64,000 nt of DNA. Origin: Prasinococcaceae sp. CCMP 1430. Lineage: Eukaryota > Plantae > Prasinodermophyta. Shown here piece after piece: positions 56,492 through 64,000 of this stretch; positions within the stretch are counted from its first letter, which is position 1, and the number at the start of each line of letters is the position of its first letter. A model generated the notes under the pieces. The model was not told the DNA's origin, did no database searches, and saw only the letters and a list, made by a program, of their open reading frames with translations. The translations under genes were made by a program, and so were the position numbers. The stretch covers positions 101,209 through 165,208 of the forward strand of contig RQSC01001202.1 in the NCBI GenBank assembly GCA_013416795.1, written 5' to 3'.

Positions 56492-57811
56492 TCAGCCCTC
56501 CTTTGGAAGCTCCTTCACCCACGCACAGTACGGTTCCTTGTCGCACAGTTCCTTGTAGAGCGCCTTGTCATTCGCCGCAACGTCGATCGGCGTGTACCTT
56601 CCCCTATGCGTGCACGTCTCCGTCCCTGGCAATCCGCGTGCGCTTTCGATCTGCCTCCGAAACTCCCACCACATCTCCTGCGCGTAAAGGCACTGGCCGT
56701 GCCTCGACCGGAAGACGTACCCTGACCAAGGCTTGGAGCAAATCGTAAAATGGTACACACGCAGCTGGCTCTCTGGGAGTGCTTTGCAGCGCGCTTCGTC
56801 GCCCATGTTGTCGTACAAGCAGCGGTCCAACTCGAGGCTTTCGGCCTGCCGCAGGACGTGCCGGAACATGTACGGCATGATCCCCTGAATGGTCCCACCT
56901 CCGTACCAAAAACCAGACCCGGAGTCATTCCAGCCAAGTCCGTTCTTGTGGAACTGGCCCGAACGGAAGCCGTGCACCACGCGCTCGTACGTGGCTTGAT
57001 CTGGTCGCACCATGAAGACTCCCCCCTGAAACGGGTACTCACCGTTGTCCTCCGGCGGGCGCACGCCGCCACCGGCGCCGTCTCGCGTGTACGCGAGGGT
57101 CACGTCCAGCGCCCACAGCCGGTCGATGTTGCCGAGGAGCAGCGTGTCTCCGTCCAGCACGAGGACCCGGTCGTATTCAGTCAGCTGGAAGGCACGCAGC
57201 TTGAGCATCTCGTCGAGGCCGCAACAGCCGGCCTTCTTGATGTTCTTGCGCAGTCCCTCATCCTGTAGCTCATCGTAGGTCATCCCTGGCCCCTCGAACT
57301 CGCGTAAAATCCAGCCGAATTCGCGCAGCATGGGCCGCATGCGCTGCACTTTGGGGGTGAGGATGGCAACGGTATCCACGCGCAGCATGCTCTTCACCGC
57401 GTGTGGGTTGGCGGTGTTGTTCTCGCCGCTGCCCGGCCCAGCGTCGCCACGCAGCGCGCGCGGGTACACGGCGCGAACCGACTCGTGCAACACCGCGAGC
57501 GCATCACCGTACGGCCCATCGGAGGTGACGGCCACCGCCACCGCGAGGCGCAGCTGCGACAGATCCCCTGTAGCCACATGTGCACCTACGCCTGCGGCGG
57601 CGGTACCCACACCCAACAGCTTTCTTGCGCCGAGGTTCCCGTCGCCTGCCATGGAACCGACCGGCGCCACCGCGTCAACTGCTGCAGCTGCGACACTCAC
57701 GCCTAGCGCGAGCAACAGCAGCAACGGCGTGCTTGCGCCCAGCCCGGGCCGAGCGCCCGCCTGAGCGCCCGCCTGCCCGGGCCCACGGCGTAGCCCTGCG
57801 CCCGCAACCAT
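56492..57811 (-). CDS. Glycosyltransferase family 8 (glycogenin-like), type II membrane
   Basis: TM LLLLLALGVSV; GCCGLDEMLKLRAFQLTEYDRVLVLDGD (DxD); FQGGVFMVRPD; GGTIQGIM; VYHFTICSKPW. Confidence 0.85.
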   Translation of the reverse strand: MVAGAGLRRGPGQAGAQAGARPGLGASTPLLLLLALGVSVAAAAVDAVAPVGSMAGDGNLGARKLLGVGTAAAGVGAHVATGDLSQLRLAVAVAVTSDGPYGDALAVLHESVRAVYPRALRGDAGPGSGENNTANPHAVKSMLRVDTVAILTPKVQRMRPMLREFGWILREFEGPGMTYDELQDEGLRKNIKKAGCCGLDEMLKLRAFQLTEYDRVLVLDGDTLLLGNIDRLWALDVTLAYTRDGAGGGVRPPEDNGEYPFQGGVFMVRPDQATYERVVHGFRSGQFHKNGLGWNDSGSGFWYGGGTIQGIMPYMFRHVLRQAESLELDRCLYDNMGDEARCKALPESQLRVYHFTICSKPWSGYVFRSRHGQCLYAQEMWWEFRRQIESARGLPGTETCTHRGRYTPIDVAANDKALYKELCDKEPYCAWVKELPKEG

Positions 57812-58255
57812 GGCGCCGTCAGCTCGGCCGCCCCTGTCTATGTGCTGTCGCCGGTGTGGAGCGGGCGCCGCCTTGCGCTGCACCCTGCGTGCGCGCGCGC
57901 GCGCGCGCAAACAGCCCCTGTTTGATTCCGCGCGCGCGCGACAGAGCGCATGCGCGCGGCGCGCACCGCCGACGCGTCGGAAAAAGGACCGGTTGGCGGC
58001 AGACGGTGCGCGCTGTGCGGCTAAGACCCATGCATGCGCCAGCGCCAGCGCCAGCGCCAGCGCCCGCACAGGCGCCGCGCCAGCGCCGCGGGGGGTGGGG
58101 GGTGGGGGTGGGGGGGGGGGCGCGCAGGCGGCCGGCAGGGCCGCCTGTACGTGCGTTTGGCGGTTCGCGTGCGCGTCCCGCGTACGCAACCTCCAGGCCG
58201 CTGCGATTCCAGTGTACACATTATCTGAGGGGCGCAAGCCAAGCGCGTGGCCATC

Positions 58256-58573
58256 TCAATCGCTGTCTTCCTCGTCGCTGTCGCCGCCGAATACGGTGCC
58301 GCCCACGGTCTGTCTTGCGACGAGCCCGTCGCCCGCGGAGCGCACCTGCGGGGCGGTTCGTGCAACGCCGCGCTCCCCGCGTCCCTTGGCCGATGCTGTC
58401 TCCGCGTCTTTCCTGCCGGTGGGCAGTATGAAGGCGCCATGTTTTGCCGCATGAGCCACCACGGCTTCGCCGTTGTAGACGGCCTTGGCACCGATCACAG
58501 CCTTGGACGACTTCTTCTTGGTTTTTGCGGATGCATGTGCCGCTTCGGGTCCCGACGCGTGCGCCTCCGCCCC

Positions 58574-58604
<31 letters not shown>

Positions 58605-59905
58605 CGCGAGTCACCCGCGGCCGTGGCGGGGACGTACTCACCCTTCTCCGTGTCCCACGAGTACCAGGCGCTACTGCGCGGGTCGTAAAAGAGTGCCGTC
58701 GCGGCGTCGTAGTACATGCCACTCGATGGATCCTTGTAGTAGCCACTATCGGCATCGTATGCGAAGCCCGACGCCGCGGCACCCGTGGCGACGCCAGCAC
58801 CCGCCACGCTGTTGGTTATCGTGTAGCCTGCCATGGCGGATGCTGCCGCAGCGGCGTCGCGCGCAGCCTCACTAGGGTTCTTCACGCCACCCATGTTAGC
58901 GCGGTACTCGACCTTGGCGGCGGTTTCCTGGCCGTAGACTTCGACGCTCCCCGCGGCCACCGCCGCAGCGGACGCTACCTCGGACGCGAACTTGACGAAG
59001 GCATAGCCCTTGGGTGTGCCGCGTGAACGGTCGCGTGCGACCTCGACACCTTCGATGGCGCCGAAGTGCGCGAGCGATGCACTCAGGTGCTGTTCGGTGA
59101 TGCCCGCGTCGAGCATCTTGACAATCACCCACGCCGAGGGATGTGCGGTCCCGGCATGTGGAGCACCACCGCCGCCGCCCGCCACCGCTGCGTCGCCTGA
59201 GTCGACAAGCTGTGCGTCGGGTGTGCGAGGCGCGGAGCAACGGAAGCACGCCGTGCGCCGCGCGAAATTCACTATCGAGCATGTCGAGCATATCCAGTCC
59301 TTGCGGACTGGGCCAGGCCGCCTGCACTCAGCGCTCCTTGCCCTCCACTCCTGAAGGGACTTGTCCCCACTGGCCACCTCGTGCGCGAACTCGCCACCGC
59401 GCATCGCGTAGCCTTTGCGCTCGCGGTGCAACTCGCCCTCCTCTGCACGTTCTTCGCCGCCCGCAGGCTCAGCCCTACCGCCGCGGCTGTAGTACTCACC
59501 GCTCCCATCGCCACGTCCGCTGGCACCACCGCCGTGGTCTCTTGAGAGGGGATCTCGACGCCACCCATGGCCGCGGTCGCGATCGAAACCTCTGCGTCCC
59601 TCGCGCGCGTAGTCACGGTCTTGCGGGCGCTGGTCGTCACCTCCCCGCGAGTAGCTACGGTCTTGCGCGCGCTGGTGGTACCCCCCCTGCGTGTAGTCAC
59701 GGTCTTGCGCGCGCTGGTCGTGAACCCCTCTGTCGCGCCACCGTCCGTAGCCCTGACCGTCGCGTTCGTGCGATCGGTCGTAGCCGTACCTGCTACCACG
59801 TTCGCCGTCTTGCAATCGTTCATAGCTGTAGGCATTGGCGTCCCGGTCCCGTGACCAACCGTATTCTCTGTCATACCCTCCGCCGCGCGAGTACTCGCGC
59901 TCCTC
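58256..59905 (-). CDS. RBM5/RBM10/SUA-like splicing factor: RD/RG-rich region, RanBP2 ZnF, RRM, OCRE (5' exon not located)
   Basis: DWICSTCSIVNFARRTACFRC; RRM with KGYAFVKF; OCRE FAYDADSGYYKDPSSGMYYD..FYDP..WY. Confidence 0.8.
59597..59720 (-). repeat. 42-bp (14-aa, QRAQDRDY..GG) repeat x3 in the RBM5-like gene
   Basis: gtcttgcg unit at 59618, 59660, 59702. Confidence 0.8.
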
Positions 59906-60561
59906 CTTGCAGCTAGGTTGGGTTGAGGGGCGAGGGCAAAGGTGCACGCACGCGTGCGCGCGCGCGCAGAACACGAGCACGGTCGGGGCAGCGCGCCGAG
60001 GGGCGTGCACCGGCACAGCAAGCGAGGCATCGCAGGTGCATACGCGCACGCGACCACCGCAAGTGCGCGCGCGCATGTGCGCCTTCAGTCAGCCGTGGTG
60101 CCCAGCGTGCGGGGCGCAGTAGGGCGGGACGTGGCGGCGGCATTGCGTGCGCCTCAGGTCGCCGCCGCGTGCCTCGTTGTGCGCCCCCACTCGCCGCGGA
60201 GCTCGGTGCGCTCGCGCGGGTCGCGCTCGCCGCGGCCTGCCGGTGCCATCACCGCCCGCCAGCTTGCAGCGCGGGCGCAGTGCAGGGCGGGGAGCGCGCT
60301 GCGCGCGCGCTGTGTGGGGCGGGCGCCGCTGGATCCATCAGAACGCATCTGATCTTTGTTGGAGCGGCACACTCAAACTCAAGCACAGCGAAAACTGAAA
60401 TGCATGCATCCGGACGGTCAAATGGCGCCGGGTGCGCAGCCGCTCCTGGGGACCGCCACACAGAGCCACGGACTCACCGCGAGACCGGGCGCGCACCTGC
60501 GCCCGCCTGCCGACACGCATGCAACGCCGTCGTCACTTTACAGCGCGGCGGGGCGCCCTCG

Positions 60562-63500
60562 TCACTCGAGGTATGCCAGCAGCGCGTCGCCGGTGCCCTC
60601 GCGCCTGCACACGGCGGCGAAGTCCTGATTGAGCGCCTCGTAACGCCTCTTGTGGAGGAGGGGCTGCCGAGTGGAGGCCTGGTAGTAACGCGCCAGGTCC
60701 GCGTCGGTGAGGGTGGACTGGGCTGTGGCGCTGAGCGCCGTGGCTGCGCCGCCGCGCGCGAGGCTTTCCTGCAGGCCCGCGGCAAATTGCGTGAATTCCC
60801 CCCGCACTTCGGCGGCGGTCGCGAGCGCATGCAACGCCTGGCCAGCACTGCGCACGAGCTGGCGCGGGCAGGTCTCCGAGATGCCAGCAACCAGTGATGC
60901 CACCAACACTCCGGAGTGCTTGGCGACCATGGAAGTGGCGGCCTCTGCATGCACCTGCCACTGAGCTACCAGCGCTGGGTCGCGCATGGGAGTGTGCGGG
61001 CCGCTTGCTGCAAGCGAGGTGAAGGCGAGCGCACAGCGCACGGCGTCGCGCTCGCGCAGGCGCACAGCGACACTTGCCGCCCCGAGCAACGGCTGCAACG
61101 TGATGCAGGGGCAAGGCGGAGCACAGACATCGGCGGGGCACGAGCGGCGCATGTCAGCACCGGGCATGCGATTCGAGCGCGCGCTCTGCGCACGGGCGCA
61201 TGGCGCTCACCTGGAATGCATTCGACGAGAAGAGCGCCGCTGGGGCGAAAAGGAGGGCCCGATGCGCCAAGTCGAACACGGCTCCAATGATCTCAGGCGA
61301 CGTGGCGGTACTGAATGGCAGCGCACTCGACAAGGCCCGCCCCAGGGGCGCCGCGAGGCCGCTTACAGTGTTGGCTCCCGATCCAAAGGTCTCCATTGCC
61401 GCTGTGAGCACCTCGAGCGCTTCCATTGCCTGGCACGCCTCGAATGCGCCAACCGCACCCTCCAGCATCGGCACCAGCACGGGGCCCACTGCTTGACCGG
61501 CGCTTGAAATCGCGCGCTTAAAGACGGAGCAGAGCGCACCCATCACCTTCGGAAGCGCCTTGCTCGCAGGCGAGTTGGACACTTCGTTGAGGGCCGCCCA
61601 TGCGGCCTCCAGGGCGGACATAGCGGGGTGGGGGGTCCCCGGAGGCGCGCCGGTGCGCTGTTCAAGAAACCGCAGCGCCGCCGCGAGCAGCTCGAGCTCG
61701 CCCGCCAGCGCCTCGGCAACCATGCCTGCACCCGTCGGATCCGAGGGCAACTGCTTGGCGGCCTGCGCCACCCGAGCGGCCAGAGCGCCGGCCAAATTCG
61801 CCGCCGCGGGAGCAGCCTCCGCATGCGGCAACGCGGCCACGACGCGCGCCAGGCCTTCGACCACCGGCACACGGTCCTCGACAGGCGCGTCAGTGGCCAC
61901 GGCCGCCAACCCTGCGCCCACCAATCCCACAACGATGTCTCCCGCGGCCAAAACGCCAGTGCAGCGAGCGCACACCTTTTGAAACGCCACGGCGGCGTGC
62001 GCGCGCGCCTGGGGCACCTTCAGGCCCTCGATGACGTAGTGCAGCGAACCCACGCACATCTCCCGCGTCGCTCCCACGCTCTCACCGTTCCCCAGCCACG
62101 GGGCGTACTCGCCCACAAGGCGTGCGACCTGCGTAACGATCAATGCGTTTGAAGCGAGAGCTGGCGCGGGCGGGTTGAGCCTGCCCAGCACGCCGCCGCC
62201 GAGGAAGCCGTTCACCGCGGCGCGCGCGGCGGCTACACCCGGTGCTCCCGCCTCGCTCGGACGTGCGCTCATCGCACACTGCTTGAGCACTGACGCCGAC
62301 GTGCGCACGACATAGACCGCCGCCTCGACCTGTTGCCAATCCCCAGCGCGCTCACCCTCCTCCAACGCCCCCCCCACGATCGCGAGGAAGCGCCCTGCAC
62401 CTAGCACGGCACACACGTTGCCGAAGAGGTCGGCCATCACCTGCTCGCGAAAGCGATGGAATGAATCCTCGTCCTCGTCATCGGCTGCCTCGCCAATGTC
62501 GTCCTCCCAATCGACGAAGCCATTCGGATAAGCGACCTGACGCAGAGTGGCTTTCAGGAGCGCTTCGAAGGCTGCCTCCTGCAGCGACGCGTGCCTGCTG
62601 ACTTTGGGCACCGTGTTGAGCATGCAGAAATACTCGGCAGCCTGCTCGGTGGCGAAGGCGTCGCGTCGCGAGTTGAGGCACTCGACGAGCATCTCGGCCA
62701 GCGCGACCGAGTTGTGTAGGCCTGCCGCGCAGAGTTCTGGCGCAGACTCGGCGAGTACCACTGCCAGGCGGCACACAGAGCGCGTCACATCCTCATCCGC
62801 GTCTGCGCCGGTCGCGGACGCACGCTGCGCCAATATAGCCTCCGTGGCCGCCGCGAACGCCGCCGTCTCCGCGCCGGCGGGCGCGGGCGCCATCGTTGTG
62901 CCCGACCCAGGCTTGTACAGCTCGACGAGCGCGTCGGCAGCTGAGCTCACAGCGCCCGGGTCGGCCGCGCGCAGGGCGCCGAGGAGAGCGTTGAGCAGCG
63001 CGGGCGCCTTCGAGCCGAGCTGCGCGGCCGAGAGCAGCGACAGCTCCCCCTCGTTTGGGTCGAGCTTGCACCACGCGGCGAGCAATGCGCACGCGCGGTG
63101 CGCGCGGTCGCCACCGTCGGCGATCGCCGCTTGCACGAGCTGCAGCACGGGGTCAGCGGCACCCGCGAGGGCGGTGCACACCGCGGGTCGGCGCGCCCTG
63201 TCGAGGCGGTCCACCTCCTCTGCAAGCGCCACCAGCAGCTCCAGCGAGAGCGCGGCAGCCGCGCCGCTGCCCGCCGCCGCGCCGAGCGCCTGCTGCGCGC
63301 ACGCCGCCGCCGACTCCGCGCCCCCCGCTGCGGCGGCGGCGCCGAGCACGATGCAGAGTCGCCTGGTGAGCATCGAGAGCGCCCCGCCCGGCGAGGCTCG
63401 TAGGTCGGCCTCTGCGCCGCCGGACGCCTGCTCCCACAGCTGCGCGCGCAGGCCCGCCTGCGCGTCGGCCGGCAGGCCGGCCCAGTCGGTGCGGCACTTT

Positions 63501-63718
63501 CCCAGCAGCATGTTGGCGCCAAAGTGTCGCACCTCGGCCTGCGCGTGCGCGAGCATCACTGCCGCCGCGGCCCACGCGCGGGGCGACGCCGCCAGCGCGA
63601 CGAGCCATGAGTTCGCCTCGGCGCGCGCCGCGGCGTTCGTGCCGTACAGCGCGGCGACCGCCTGCACGGCTGTTTCGACGACGGCCGCGTCTGTCATCCC
63701 ATCGAAGCCGCTGGCCAT
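60562..63718 (-). CDS. Importin-beta family karyopherin (transportin-SR/importin-13-like); exons 63718-61211, 61092-60562
   Basis: AVAALY..A..ANSWL..SPRAW, EVRHFGANML..K..DW, FHRFREQ, WQQVEAAVY, C-terminal DFAAVCRRE..DALLAY. Confidence 0.88.
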
Positions 63719-64000
63719 CGCGGCGGCCTCGTCCGTCGCAACGCCCCTGCGAGCGCGCCTGCCCCTCAGCCCCCCTCGCTCCTCTCCGCGGCGACCCGCC
63801 TGCGCTCTGTTGCTCGGACACCTGGCCGTTCTGTCGCTCGGTCAGTCGCCCCCCCCGCCTCTGCCAGCGCCTCAGACGCCCGTGTGCGCGCTCACGCCCC
63901 CGCCCCCTCCTTCCACCACCGTGACCGTAAACACACACCGCCCCCTCTGGTCCGCACACTCCTTCACCTCCCACCACCACCGCCAGCTCCACCCGCCCCC

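Noticed and set aside
316-61210. Introner-type repeated introns
   Set aside because: The introns I delimited share only generic features (GTGCGT/GTGAG donors, CTGAC branch point, GC/CA microsatellites), with no extended identity or terminal repeats visible by eye

Overview
Gene-dense, very GC-rich (roughly 70% by eye) eukaryotic nuclear DNA from a unicellular alga. Plant-like genes and AAACCCTA telo-boxes suggest an early-diverging green alga, but a haptophyte is not excluded. It has short GT-AG introns (about 95-380 nt, often with a CTGAC/CTAAC branch point), three N-gaps (6180-6455, 21824-22114, 30688-31318) and a single N at 131. About 30 protein-coding genes can be built by hand: carotenoid oxygenase, AP2 factor, RPL12, V-ATPase c'', ABCG, glycosyltransferase-like protein, GH-A hydrolase, WW protein, Argonaute, JmjC, Reeler-like protein, two ERG4/ERG24 sterol reductases, OB-fold protein, ANP32, RRM protein, front-end desaturase, MORC-CW, TMEM69, NAD(P)-binding protein, sulfotransferase, BBE-like oxidase, VPS26, TBC GAP, DUF4476-like protein, GT8, RBM5-like protein and a transportin. 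No tRNA, rRNA, CRISPR array or autonomous transposon was recognised. The most striking item is a divergent Argonaute (18456-21823, minus strand). It is spliced to an N-terminal RGG/YG repeat and a RanBP2-type zinc finger, lacks two of the four slicer residues (D-E?-N-A) and has eroded guide-binding residues, so it looks like a non-slicing AGO with extra FET-like RNA-binding modules. It lies head-to-head with a JMJD5-like gene. Second is an AT-rich 367-bp block with 7 AACACT motifs and GCCGCGG flanking duplications, located where the desaturase start codon should be. All family calls are by-eye motif recognition; no database searches were run.
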